From a virus: a DNA stretch of 64,000 nt. Position 1 is the stretch's first letter, and every line of letters starts with the position of its first letter. Below are positions 9,918 through 19,204 of this stretch, piece by piece. The notes beneath the pieces were generated by a model. It worked only from the letters and a program-made list of their open reading frames with translations, did not search any database and was not told where the DNA came from. The DNA lies in IMG/VR virus record IMGVR_UViG_3300012347_000106, positions 4,476 to 68,475 of that record; one strand, 5' to 3'. The translations under genes were made by a program, and so were the position numbers.

Positions 9918-10513
9918 GCAGCGAGCACTTCCAGTGCATGCTTAATGTGTTTGATGCGGTCATCCAACCCAATAACGCCACCATTTATTTTTTTCGTCAT
10001 CCCGGTGTAGTCCTTGGCGTCAGCCTCTTTGTTCAGACCGCGCTTGTTCCAGAACCATGCAGCGCTCAGGGCGGCGTACTTGGGGGACAAGATCAGGTCA
10101 GGGGAGTGGATGAAGTCCTCGCCCAGCGCGTCGCCGCACAGGGTGTAGTTGTCCTTGCCTGTGAGCTGAATCAGGCCACGCCCTTTGTACAGGCTACCTT
10201 CTTCCGTCTCTTCGGTGCCGTTGCCCATCCGGCCGCCGTAGACCTTGTTGGCGATCTTGTCGGGGTTGCGGTGGTACGGCTGAGCTGACTCCAGCGTGGG
10301 GAACCGGCTGGGCCAGACACGGCACAGGGACTCGGCCGAGTAGTTCAGGTTCTCCTGCAGGGTCTTGAAGTTGCCAGACTCGTGTGCGCACTGGCCAATG
10401 AACGCCGCCATCCGCAGGGGGGTGTTGATCTCGTAGCGCTGAAAAGCCTCGTTCAGCGGGCCCAGCCAATCTTCGGAGATGTGCAGTTCTTTGAGCTGTT
10501 CAGCGGTAATCAT
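9914..10513 (-). CDS. endolysin, glycoside hydrolase family 19 (chitinase-like lysozyme)
   Basis: QCAHESGNF and YKGRGLIQLTGKDNY catalytic-region signatures of GH19. 4-nt overlap with the holin-like gene. Confidence 0.85.
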   Translation of the reverse strand: MITAEQLKELHISEDWLGPLNEAFQRYEINTPLRMAAFIGQCAHESGNFKTLQENLNYSAESLCRVWPSRFPTLESAQPYHRNPDKIANKVYGGRMGNGTEETEEGSLYKGRGLIQLTGKDNYTLCGDALGEDFIHSPDLILSPKYAALSAAWFWNKRGLNKEADAKDYTGMTKKINGGVIGLDDRIKHIKHALEVLAA

Positions 10514-11016
10514 TTCATGTCCTTGAGTTTCTGGATTTCGTCAGCTTTGTCTTTGGAGCCTTGAGAACTTCCACGGTGGAAGTTGAGCACCGTTCCGGCC
10601 AGCGTCCAAAGCGAGCCAAGAGCGGTGTAGGCCAGCGCCTTGTTGGCGTCCGGCACACCCTTGAAGAAGATGATGAACGTCATGAACAGCGCTCCACCGA
10701 CGATCATTATGTCAATGACGTACGCCACGTTTTTGGCCAAAACAGATGCAACCGAAGAGTTCTGAATCTCGGCATTCATCTTTCGGGCGCTGTCTGTGTT
10801 GGCGTTGTGCAGCTCAAACTTCTTCACGTCGATTTCCGCAAGTTTCTGAGCCGCTTGAGGGTCTGCTTGGATGGCTTGCGTGACCGCTTCAACCGTGTCC
10901 TCGACACCCAACTTCTCAGCGATTGCCTTGACCGCCATGCCACCCAAAGGGCCGGTAACAGCGGTAGCCAGCAAAGGAGCCACATTTTTAAGCAGTCCTG
11001 CAAGAACGTCATTCAT
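10510..11016 (-). CDS. holin-like membrane protein (two C-terminal transmembrane helices, charged tail)
   Basis: The ORF track gives 10510..11100. I use the start at Met29 (MNDVLAGLL), which abuts the stop of the upstream gene and has a GGGGA SD. There are two hydrophobic helices followed by a KDKADEIQKLKDMK tail. It lies immediately upstream of the endolysin. Confidence 0.5.
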   Translation of the reverse strand: MNDVLAGLLKNVAPLLATAVTGPLGGMAVKAIAEKLGVEDTVEAVTQAIQADPQAAQKLAEIDVKKFELHNANTDSARKMNAEIQNSSVASVLAKNVAYVIDIMIVGGALFMTFIIFFKGVPDANKALAYTALGSLWTLAGTVLNFHRGSSQGSKDKADEIQKLKDMK

Positions 11017-11633
11017 TAATTTCCCCTTTTGGTCAGCATGGCGCTGGCGATTTCCATCATGAATTTTACTTGCTCGGGGTTCTGGGGCGGCTCCGCCCAC
11101 CCGACCGTGATCTGCCCGACGAAGCGGTGGTTATCTGGCGGCACGCTGATCCTGCAGGTATAGGTCACACCCTTCTCGATGTACCACAGGCCGACTTCGG
11201 ACTGCGCGTACCGATACTCCGAGCACGGAATCTGGTTGGTCATCAAGGAGATCACATCGTTGTTGTTGCCGGTGTTCTGGCTGAACAGGCCGACGTCGAT
11301 GTCTTCTATGCTCTTGTCCCGCCCGTCTTTGGTGTACGCCTTGTACAGCGTCCGACTGTTGAACAGCGGGTTTACCTTGAAGACGGCAACGACCGTCGCG
11401 CCAGTCTTTTTGAACATCATTGCGCTGGCCTCGTCCGCACGGCTGGTGTTGATCTCCGGCAGCTTCTTGGACTCCCGATACGCGTCGCGCATGAACTCTT
11501 GGTTCTGCCACAGGAAATAGCCAGCAAAGGCAACCGCACCCATCACGAGAATGGCGAACAGCTTGAACGGGGAGTCCACATACCCCAGCACCTTATCGAG
11601 CGTGGAGTCGGCGTTGAGCTTCTCTTCACTCAT
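11016..11633 (-). CDS. N-terminally membrane-anchored (type II) protein in lysis cassette, function unknown
   Basis: 205 aa with a single N-terminal TM (LFAILVMGAVAFAGYFLW) and a Cys-containing globular domain. It sits in the i-spanin position but is not coiled-coil-like. Confidence 0.45.
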   Translation of the reverse strand: MSEEKLNADSTLDKVLGYVDSPFKLFAILVMGAVAFAGYFLWQNQEFMRDAYRESKKLPEINTSRADEASAMMFKKTGATVVAVFKVNPLFNSRTLYKAYTKDGRDKSIEDIDVGLFSQNTGNNNDVISLMTNQIPCSEYRYAQSEVGLWYIEKGVTYTCRISVPPDNHRFVGQITVGWAEPPQNPEQVKFMMEIASAMLTKRGN

Positions 11634-12088
11634 CGCAAGTGCCTCATGTACAGCACGATGCCGTAGATCATCAGTGCGGCCAGAACAACCGTGGCCACTC
11701 CAACTGCAACGTACTCGGCCATCCGTTCCGCTCGCTTCTTGCGCTCTATGGCGGCGCGGGCTGCGGCTTCTTTGGCTTCACGACGGCGACGGGCTGCGGC
11801 TGCTTGAAACTTGACCCAGTCGTCCCACATGCCCGGACGGCCCGCATAAACCATGGACTCTCGCAGATGCTCTTCTTGCTGCTTGAGCTGCTCCAGCGCC
11901 ATGAACTCTTCCATGTCGGAGCGTTCGGCACCGCCTGCGGCTTTGCTGGTCGCCTTTTCCTGAATCTTGGCCTTGTTGTCAAAGTAATCGAAGACGCGGC
12001 CGCCGAGCGCGGACAGCTCCTTGCCGTTGGCCAGAGCCGCCTTGATTACGTTGAATGCAGCATTGGCTGCCGCCAATTCAGCCAGCAT
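11630..12088 (-). CDS. tail-anchored membrane protein (C-terminal TM, Arg-rich coiled coil) in lysis cassette
   Basis: 152 aa with a C-terminal TM (VAVGVATVVLAALMIYGIVLY) and an upstream Arg/Ala/Glu-rich helix. Overlaps the next gene by 4 nt. Confidence 0.45.
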   Translation of the reverse strand: MLAELAAANAAFNVIKAALANGKELSALGGRVFDYFDNKAKIQEKATSKAAGGAERSDMEEFMALEQLKQQEEHLRESMVYAGRPGMWDDWVKFQAAAARRRREAKEAAARAAIERKKRAERMAEYVAVGVATVVLAALMIYGIVLYMRHLR

Positions 12089-13681
12089 TTACGCCGTCCG
12101 TTTCCACATGTACACGGTGATGTACGGCTGGTAGTTTGCGTTTGTTCCAGATGCGCCTGCGGAGTCAACAGTCACGGTGTGCGTGTGGCTGCCAGCGGTG
12201 TCTGTCACCATGGTCGTGTAAGGGCCACCGTCAAGGCTACCCCGAGTTACGTTGTACGTATCCCCTCCGTACGCGTAGCCGTTAGTGTTGCCGTTATTGC
12301 TTGTTTTATGATTGTGTGAACCAGCAGTATCTGTGCTTGCTGTGTGCGTGTGGCTCACATTGATGGCGTCAGCACTACCGCCAGTCTCTTCTGCGGTATT
12401 AAACAGTGCGTTGCCGGAATCAAAACCAACAGGCACGCGCCCGGCACCGAACGCCGACCATGTGCCAAAGCCCAGCAACGAGCTAGGGTTGGCGCTGTTG
12501 GTGGCGTTTATGTATACCGATCCGACAGGGTGCAGCGCTTGCAGTGCGGCCTGAACAAACGCAGTCGTGGCCATTGTTGTGTTGCTGGTGCCAAAAGTCT
12601 GAGTTGTTCCGGTGGCCGCCGAGGCTACAGTGGTTGTGACCGTGGATGCATTTGTGGCGTTCGTGGCGTTTGTGGCGTTCGTGACCGCAGTGGAGCCGAT
12701 CTGCCCAACAATGTCAGCCGCACTGGCCACAGAGATCGCACTGGTTCCTGCGCCTTTGAGCAAAGCGCCAGAGGTGAACGAAGATGCGCCTGTTCCGCCA
12801 TCGGCAACAGCCAAGTCGGTAATCCCCGTGATCGAACCGCCAGTGATTGCCACGCTGCTGGCGGCCTGCGTTGCCATGGTTCCAAGGCCGAGGTTTGTTC
12901 GTGCATCTGCGGCAGTTGAAGCACCCGTGCCACCATCTGCAACTGCTAAATCTGTGATGCCCGTAATGGAGCCGCCGGTAATTGACACGCTACTTGCCGC
13001 CTGTGTGGCCATGGTGCCGAGGCCAAGGTTTGTTCGTGCATCTGCGGCAGTTGAAGCCCCTGTACCTCCATCTGCCACGGCCAAGTCGGTGATGCCGGTG
13101 ATGGAGCCGCCAGTAATCGCTACGTTGTTAGCCGCCTGTGTGGCGATCGTGCCCAGACCCAAGTTGGTGCGCGCATCCGCAGCCGTCGAAGCGCCCGTGC
13201 CACCATCTGCAACTGCCAAATCAGTAGCCAGAGTCAGGGATGACAGGTGGTTGTTCTGGAACACAAAGTTGGTTCCGTCTGACCACACGGTGACGGTCTT
13301 GCCCGCAGGGATTGCCACACCCGTACCGGCTGCAGTCGTGTTGCCGATCACGGTCGAGTTGTAGATCGTGGCGGTATAGCTGCTGGCGTTGTAGATGGTG
13401 TACTGCTTTGAGGCCGGGGGCGCATACACGGCAAAGTTGGCACCAGTGGATGTGGTCAATGCAATGTTTGCGTGCACGGACTGGTTGAGCGCTGCAGTTG
13501 CAGAGCCGCCGTTGATGTACGTCAGCGCTTGACTGGCCGAAGCCACAGACACAGAAATGTATCCCGCCACCGCCTGCTCAATGACGTAAGCCAAGTTGGT
13601 GTTGGTCGTTGTACCCCACGTACCGGCTTGATCGCCGGTTGTGATGAGTTCAATACGAAGGTCTGGGGAGTAGGTGCTCAT
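12089..13681 (-). CDS. tail fibre protein with tandem Phage_fiber_2-type repeats and C-terminal HxH tail-collar-like domain
   Basis: About 3.5 copies of a 44-aa repeat (DLAVADGGTGASTAADARTNLGLGT.ATQAA..V.ITGGSITGIT). The C-terminal HTHTASTDTAGSHNH...HTHTV motifs are typical of fibre tip domains. Confidence 0.8.
   Translation of the reverse strand: MSTYSPDLRIELITTGDQAGTWGTTTNTNLAYVIEQAVAGYISVSVASASQALTYINGGSATAALNQSVHANIALTTSTGANFAVYAPPASKQYTIYNASSYTATIYNSTVIGNTTAAGTGVAIPAGKTVTVWSDGTNFVFQNNHLSSLTLATDLAVADGGTGASTAADARTNLGLGTIATQAANNVAITGGSITGITDLAVADGGTGASTAADARTNLGLGTMATQAASSVSITGGSITGITDLAVADGGTGASTAADARTNLGLGTMATQAASSVAITGGSITGITDLAVADGGTGASSFTSGALLKGAGTSAISVASAADIVGQIGSTAVTNATNATNATNASTVTTTVASAATGTTQTFGTSNTTMATTAFVQAALQALHPVGSVYINATNSANPSSLLGFGTWSAFGAGRVPVGFDSGNALFNTAEETGGSADAINVSHTHTASTDTAGSHNHKTSNNGNTNGYAYGGDTYNVTRGSLDGGPYTTMVTDTAGSHTHTVTVDSAGASGTNANYQPYITVYMWKRTA
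12690..13270 (-). repeat. intragenic tandem repeat, about 132-nt unit x about 3.5 (tail fibre repeat region)
   Basis: Near-identical 132-nt units visible directly in the nucleotide sequence (gcagttgaagc.cc.gt.cc.ccatctgc.ac.gc.aa.tc.gt.atgcc.gt.atggagccgcc.gt.at.g..acg.t..t.gccgcctgtgtggc.at.gt.cc.ag.cc.ag.tt.gt.cg.gcatc.gc). Confidence 0.85.
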
Positions 13682-13706
13682 GGCGTGATCCTTGGTTGCC
13701 CGAATT

Positions 13707-13946
13707 TTACGCGTTAGGTGTCAACGCTGCTTTAATTTCTTCTGGTGTTGTTGCAGCATCTACAGCGGCCTGCATGCTTGCGTACTTGTCTCTGATGGCT
13801 TGCCGTGCGGCCTCGGCATCTTGCGCAGATACGCCGGGAATTTGCTTGGCAATCACGTCATCGTGGGGCCCGAACTCCTCCGCCCGAGCAGCGCGCCGAA
13901 CGTCGTGCGCGATGTCTTTTGCCTTGTTCATGTTTATGCGAATCAT
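13707..13946 (-). CDS. hypothetical protein (possible fibre assembly factor)
   Basis: 79-aa ORF between the two fibre genes with a 4-nt overlap with its upstream neighbour. Confidence 0.4.
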   Translation of the reverse strand: MIRINMNKAKDIAHDVRRAARAEEFGPHDDVIAKQIPGVSAQDAEAARQAIRDKYASMQAAVDAATTPEEIKAALTPNA

Positions 13947-14203
13947 TGGGCCTCCTCCTCCGCCGGGAACTCACTGGACTCAGCGCCCACGCCGTCTGTC
14001 AATACGGCAACGTCCACTTCCCATGCCGCTCTAAAAGTTCGGTCCTCTGGGATGTCACTTGCGTCCACAATCTTGAAAGGCTTGCCCGCAGGTACATCCT
14101 TAAGGGCGACGGCCTCAATGCCGTATTGCTCAACTATTTCTAGCGCAGGCACAACGATGGCCACGCCGCCTTCGTCCGTTTGGTAGATGATTCGTTTGGT
14201 CAT
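13943..14203 (-). CDS. hypothetical acidic protein
   Basis: 86-aa ORF immediately downstream of the giant fibre gene. Confidence 0.4.
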   Translation of the reverse strand: MTKRIIYQTDEGGVAIVVPALEIVEQYGIEAVALKDVPAGKPFKIVDASDIPEDRTFRAAWEVDVAVLTDGVGAESSEFPAEEEAQ

Positions 14204-14212
14204 GTCTTTACC

Positions 14213-17200
14213 TTATCTAAAAACTGCCACATGTATCAGGCTCATGTCTGCCAACGCGCCTGCGTTCACGCCCGCCGAGAAGTTGCGAGTAAGAACTCCT
14301 ACACCGGCTGTGGTTTGCGTACCGAACTGCGACGACCGCACGGTGACTGAGGTGCCTTCGTTGGCCACAGACAGCGCGACGTAGTTAGTGTCCGGCATGG
14401 CTGTTGTGAAGTTCACGGTATACGTTCCTGTGCCGCCATCGGTGATACTTGATACGTTTGCGCTGGCGCGGATCGCTACGGTGCCTGTACCGTTAAAGTT
14501 CACCCAAGCGCGGCTCGGATAGTCGGGGTACAGTGTAGTTCCACCGGGCACAACACTCGACCGCTGGCCGTTTTGGGCAACACGGAAAACTTCTGTGAAA
14601 GTGATCGGAGTGCCTGCCCCGCCAGAAGGAGCGGTAAACCACTGGTGCGCACCGCCAGTCTGGAGGTACTGCGCGGCAGCACTGGAGCTGTTCGCGTACA
14701 TAAACCCGCCGTTGTAGTACGCGTTTGTTTGCGTGTAGAGCTCTCCCACCCCGGCGTACAGCCCGTAACCCGGCAATCCGCCAAGCTCCAGTGCTTTGTA
14801 CCCGCTTGCCGCCAAACTGTTGGTGCTTGGCGTAACACCTATGCCCAGACTCCCACTCGCATTCAGCGTCATCGCCTGAGTGAAGCTGATAGCGTTACCT
14901 GCTGTGCCAGAAGGTGCAGTATAGAAACGGTGCTGACCATTGATCTGCAAATGACGGCTTGCAAAGTCAGTTGCGTTGTAAATCCAGTTGGTTCCGTTCC
15001 AATATGCGTTGTGAACAAGGTCTGTTTCGGTAGTAGCGTTTACCAGAGCGCCACGACCAACTTGGTAAGCCTTGTAGACACTCCAAGCGCTAGGAGTAAC
15101 CCCCAAGCCGAGGTTACCGGAGGAGTCAAGGGTGGCAACAGTCGTGCTGTTTGTCTTGAGAAGAATCTTGCCGCTTGCGGTCAGGTTTGCAATAACCTGA
15201 TCCCCTGCAAACATACCCAAGTCGCCCTGATGCGTGCCACCAGCGTCATACAACGATATAACAGGATATGCACTGGTTCCGCTACCACCCAAGTCTTGAA
15301 TTTTCATCACACCTTGGTTGGAAACAACGACACCCGCAACGTGTAATTTTGTAGAAGGAGAACTCGTCCCAATACCCAGATTACCGGAGGAGTCGAGGCG
15401 CATGCGCTCGGTATTGTTGGTTCCGAAACGCATGAAACCGTTTTCCCAGTTCCACAGCGTCACATCGTTTGTTGCAACAGAACTTGCATAACCAATGCTG
15501 AACCCGTTTGATGCGTTCGATGGGTGCTTGAACGTCTGAACAGCGAAATTAACGGAACCGTCGCCGCGAACAACAAGTCGGTCAGTGCCCATACTTGTAG
15601 TACCAATGCCCAGATTCCCACTCGCATTCAGCGTCATCGCTTGAGTAAAAGTGATGGCAGCACCTGCTGTGCCGGAGGCTGCGGTAGAAAAAGTAAATGT
15701 TCCGCCTGTTTGCCGTAAACGCGTTGCAGCTACGGTCGATGTAATGTATTTCCAGTTTCCGTCATAGTAAGCGTTTGACGTAAAAACAGAGTCATCATTG
15801 CCACCAGCAAAGGCACCGTTTGTGCCGGCTTGCAGTGGTCGATAGTAGGAACTCCAAGCACTCGGAGTAACCCCCAAACCAAGGTTGTTGGAGTTATCCA
15901 GCGTCATCCGTGTCGACGGTGTGTCACGAGTTCCACCAGAAAACGTCATCACGCCGTTGCTACGGTCAAAGCTAATTCGCCCAGCACCAGACCCTGAAGC
16001 AGAGTACCCACCCAAGCCAAGTGAGCTTGCTGTCCCCGAGGTGGTCAGCCAAGCGCCGTCAGTTGCATCGCCAGCAACAACGAGTTTGAATGTTGGAGAA
16101 GTTGTCCCAATACCCAGACCTGTGCTGGTCAGGCGCATGGTTTCAGAGCCAGCAACCTCCCAAATAGAAACACCAGTTGATGTAATTTTGTATCTTGCTG
16201 CTCCACCAGTTCGGAAATTAAGATCAGTGCCGCTTGCCAGCATTCCTAATGTGTAAGAACCAAGTGCGTTCAAGTAATAGCCAGCACCAGAGCCGCTTGC
16301 AAATACGTTTGTTCCGTCAAAAGCCAGCGCACTACCAGTGGCAAGTGCCGAAGTCGAGGACGCGTAAACCACACCGTTTGCCGTGAACGTGGTTAACCCC
16401 GTACCGCCGTTGGTAGTAGGCAAGGTTCCACTCACATGTGTTGCCAAACCGATCTTGCCCCAAGCCGGAGCAGTACCAACGCCACCAGACACCAGCGCGT
16501 TACCAGAGACTACATCCGCGAGCTTGGCCAGTGAAGACGTCGTATTTGCGTACAACAAGTCGCCCACAGCATAGGAAGACTGGCCAGTGCCGCCGTAAGC
16601 AGCAGCAACAGTGCTGCCATTCCAAGTGCCAGCAGCAAGAGTGCCGACGCCAGTAATCCCAGTGTACGATCCGTTAAGACGCGCAACAGGGAGCGTTCCT
16701 GATGTGATGTTTGCTGCATTGGTAGTGTCTGTTGTTGCCGAAGGAGCCAAGCCCGAAACGTCGGACGCAGCAATCGTTCCCCACGACGGGGCTGCAGAGA
16801 CTCCGCCGCCAGCGCCCGTCTGGGTTAAAAAGGTTTTGGTCGTTGTGGTGTTGCCCGCCAGCGCGGACAAGGTGTTGGTTGCTGACGAGTAGACCAGATC
16901 GCCTAGCGTGTAGGTTGTCAGACCTGTGCCGCCGTTGGAAGTTGGCAGTGCTCCCGATACCGCACCAGACTGGTTCAACGCAACCGCGTTCCACTCGACG
17001 TTTGTCGCACTAGCGTTCATGACGAGCGACTTATACGCAGTGCCCCTTGCCAGCCTGCCCCATGTGTCAGTGCTGGAGCCGTACAAAATATCACCGGTCT
17101 CGACGGTGTTTGTACCCGTTCCGCCGTTGGTTGCGGCCACCACACCAGTCAGCGAAAGCGTGTTGCCCGTCAAGTTTAGTGGGGCGACGGCGTTGTAGCT

Positions 17201-18502
17201 CGGCACTTGACTGAACTCAGTAAACGTAATGGCTGTCGTGCCAAACACAATAATGTCTGTGTTATTGCAGATAAACGAAAAATAGCCGAGCGTAGCGCCG
17301 CTCTGAACAAAAAAGTAGTCCCCACCACCAAGAGAGTTTGGGTCGCCTTCTGAGGACGTATCAGTGTCGGCCGAGCGGGTCAGTACCCAGTTATCAATGC
17401 CTGATCCTACGGCGGTTACGACATACACGCCGTTCTGGGTTCCAGTGGTTTGCTGCCAAACCAAAACTCGATCGTTCGTGGACATGGCCACGCCGTCAAC
17501 GTAAAGGGGTTCTTGCGTACCTGAGTTGGTCAGCGTCGCCCCCACGCCCAAAGTGCCGTTGTTGTAAGTTGCTGTCAGGTTGCCTGTGGTGGCCACCAGC
17601 ACCGGGGTGTGGACGTGAAAGCCGTTGGAGGTGGCATTGTCAACATATGCCTTGGTTGCGGCCTGCAAAGCAAGCGTTGGATCGGCAGCCAGCAATACGG
17701 TGGACTGGAACTCCGCAGCGCCTGTGATGGTGGCCGTGCCAGCCACGGAGATGTCGCCGGTCAGCTCTACACTCTGGTCGGCTCCTTTGATCCGAACAGC
17801 CTCATTGGCTGTGTCAACCCCGCCCGCAAACAGCACAACGTCTTTGCTGGCCGTCTGGTTGCCGATGAAGAAGTCATCCCCGTCATGGAAAACATAACCA
17901 GAACCGGGCGTGAACAAGGGGTAGTCCACCGAGGTGTAGTTCGAACTGTTAATGCCAATGTCGGTGAAGTTGGTGAAGCCGTCTGTCGTGGCATCGTTGT
18001 ACACCACAAAGTCAGCGGAGGCGGAGGAGCCGTCGTTCTGGTTCAGGTTGTAAACCTGCCCGAACGAATCCACGTTACCAACAAACTTGCCAAGCTCAGC
18101 CTCAAGAGATGGGTTGACCGTGACACCACCCCCAAGAATTGTGATGGGGCCGCCGTCAATTAGCGTCTGGCCATCAGGCTCTTCGTATATCGCACGCTCA
18201 GCGGGGTATGTGACAAACACATCCTTGGCCCCAACTGAGAAGTTAACCAGTGTCCCCGCGTTGCTGGACTCGAACACCACGTCCCGCGACAAGTACCATG
18301 TGCCTGCAACCTGCGTAACAGTGCCCTTACCGACTTCCCACTCGCTACCAGACTGCAAGGCAATCGTGTAGTACGTGATGTTTCCGTCACCAATGGCGCT
18401 GAAATCTTGATAGCCTGTTGCGGCGACGCCGAGCGTTGCCGTCCCCGTGCCGGTAACGCCAGAAGAAACTTTTACTCGGTCTTTTAAAACAATGTTGGCC
18501 AT
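14213..18502 (-). CDS. giant modular tail fibre/tailspike-like protein
   Basis: 1429 aa, Gly/Thr/Ser-rich, with repeated SGNLG(I/L)G(T/V)TSPS and FTQAMTLNASG modules. Uninterrupted minus ORF. All plus-strand ORFs inside are antisense. Confidence 0.75.
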   Translation of the reverse strand: MANIVLKDRVKVSSGVTGTGTATLGVAATGYQDFSAIGDGNITYYTIALQSGSEWEVGKGTVTQVAGTWYLSRDVVFESSNAGTLVNFSVGAKDVFVTYPAERAIYEEPDGQTLIDGGPITILGGGVTVNPSLEAELGKFVGNVDSFGQVYNLNQNDGSSASADFVVYNDATTDGFTNFTDIGINSSNYTSVDYPLFTPGSGYVFHDGDDFFIGNQTASKDVVLFAGGVDTANEAVRIKGADQSVELTGDISVAGTATITGAAEFQSTVLLAADPTLALQAATKAYVDNATSNGFHVHTPVLVATTGNLTATYNNGTLGVGATLTNSGTQEPLYVDGVAMSTNDRVLVWQQTTGTQNGVYVVTAVGSGIDNWVLTRSADTDTSSEGDPNSLGGGDYFFVQSGATLGYFSFICNNTDIIVFGTTAITFTEFSQVPSYNAVAPLNLTGNTLSLTGVVAATNGGTGTNTVETGDILYGSSTDTWGRLARGTAYKSLVMNASATNVEWNAVALNQSGAVSGALPTSNGGTGLTTYTLGDLVYSSATNTLSALAGNTTTTKTFLTQTGAGGGVSAAPSWGTIAASDVSGLAPSATTDTTNAANITSGTLPVARLNGSYTGITGVGTLAAGTWNGSTVAAAYGGTGQSSYAVGDLLYANTTSSLAKLADVVSGNALVSGGVGTAPAWGKIGLATHVSGTLPTTNGGTGLTTFTANGVVYASSTSALATGSALAFDGTNVFASGSGAGYYLNALGSYTLGMLASGTDLNFRTGGAARYKITSTGVSIWEVAGSETMRLTSTGLGIGTTSPTFKLVVAGDATDGAWLTTSGTASSLGLGGYSASGSGAGRISFDRSNGVMTFSGGTRDTPSTRMTLDNSNNLGLGVTPSAWSSYYRPLQAGTNGAFAGGNDDSVFTSNAYYDGNWKYITSTVAATRLRQTGGTFTFSTAASGTAGAAITFTQAMTLNASGNLGIGTTSMGTDRLVVRGDGSVNFAVQTFKHPSNASNGFSIGYASSVATNDVTLWNWENGFMRFGTNNTERMRLDSSGNLGIGTSSPSTKLHVAGVVVSNQGVMKIQDLGGSGTSAYPVISLYDAGGTHQGDLGMFAGDQVIANLTASGKILLKTNSTTVATLDSSGNLGLGVTPSAWSVYKAYQVGRGALVNATTETDLVHNAYWNGTNWIYNATDFASRHLQINGQHRFYTAPSGTAGNAISFTQAMTLNASGSLGIGVTPSTNSLAASGYKALELGGLPGYGLYAGVGELYTQTNAYYNGGFMYANSSSAAAQYLQTGGAHQWFTAPSGGAGTPITFTEVFRVAQNGQRSSVVPGGTTLYPDYPSRAWVNFNGTGTVAIRASANVSSITDGGTGTYTVNFTTAMPDTNYVALSVANEGTSVTVRSSQFGTQTTAGVGVLTRNFSAGVNAGALADMSLIHVAVFR

Positions 18503-18511
18503 TTGTGCCTC

Positions 18512-19192
18512 TTATGACTGCGTTTTCACGGGGTTCCATGGGGCGCTCTGACTATCATCAGTAACCCCCCAAGCATTTGCTTGGCTGGCATTGACGGCAG
18601 ACCAAGCCGACGACTGGCTGGCATTTATTGTGCCCCATGTTGAAGCCTGACTGTCGTTGACCCCACCCCAACTGCCTGATTGCGAGTCGTTGATGATCTC
18701 CCAAAGGAAGCCGCCAATGATTTGGTCGATGGCCGTGGCACTACCGGTGATGGTAGCGAAAAACACAGCGCTTGCCAAGAACGTGTCTACGATACCTACT
18801 TCCTCAAGCACCTGCGCATTAAACACGGAAGCGGCAACCGACACACTCGAATCGCCAAAAACCGAGTCCTCGACCTGCACGGCAAAATCGACGCTTGTGG
18901 CTATATCGTCTGAAGCTGCAGCGGACTCGTCAAGCGATATGTTGAAAATGGCTGTAAGCGACAAGTCTGCTGTCGCTGCTGCAGTTTCGTCGGCGGTAGC
19001 GCTAAACGTAGAGGCGACAACCTGCGCAACATCTGCGCCAACCACAGTATCCGCCTGAGTTGCAAGGAACGCCGCAAATGACGAAACAAACTGGGATGCG
19101 GCCGCCGCCTCATCAAGGATGGCGTCGTATGCTACGCCAAACTCACCAGTTGCCCCCAGTGGGGCCGCAGACAGTGGCGCGAACCCGAGCAC
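18512..19192 (-). CDS. repeat-containing tail-associated protein
   Basis: 226 aa. The C-terminal part has five tandem xxDSQSxxW units and the N-terminal part has DE(A/S)AAAS repeats. The periodicity is visible at the nucleotide level. Confidence 0.5.
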   Translation of the reverse strand: MLGFAPLSAAPLGATGEFGVAYDAILDEAAAASQFVSSFAAFLATQADTVVGADVAQVVASTFSATADETAAATADLSLTAIFNISLDESAAASDDIATSVDFAVQVEDSVFGDSSVSVAASVFNAQVLEEVGIVDTFLASAVFFATITGSATAIDQIIGGFLWEIINDSQSGSWGGVNDSQASTWGTINASQSSAWSAVNASQANAWGVTDDSQSAPWNPVKTQS

Positions 19193-19204
19193 TGGGAGTG
19201 GCCT

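Noticed and set aside
14573-18163. Plus-strand ORFs inside the giant fibre gene (e.g. 14573..15346, 17609..18163)
   Set aside because: Antisense shadows of the uninterrupted 1429-aa minus-strand ORF, with no start context and a composition of Cys/Val/Arg runs.
12089-18502. Diversity-generating retroelement near the fibre genes
   Set aside because: No reverse-transcriptase ORF anywhere in the window and no separate template/variable repeat pair. The repeats are intragenic tandem Phage_fiber_2-type units.
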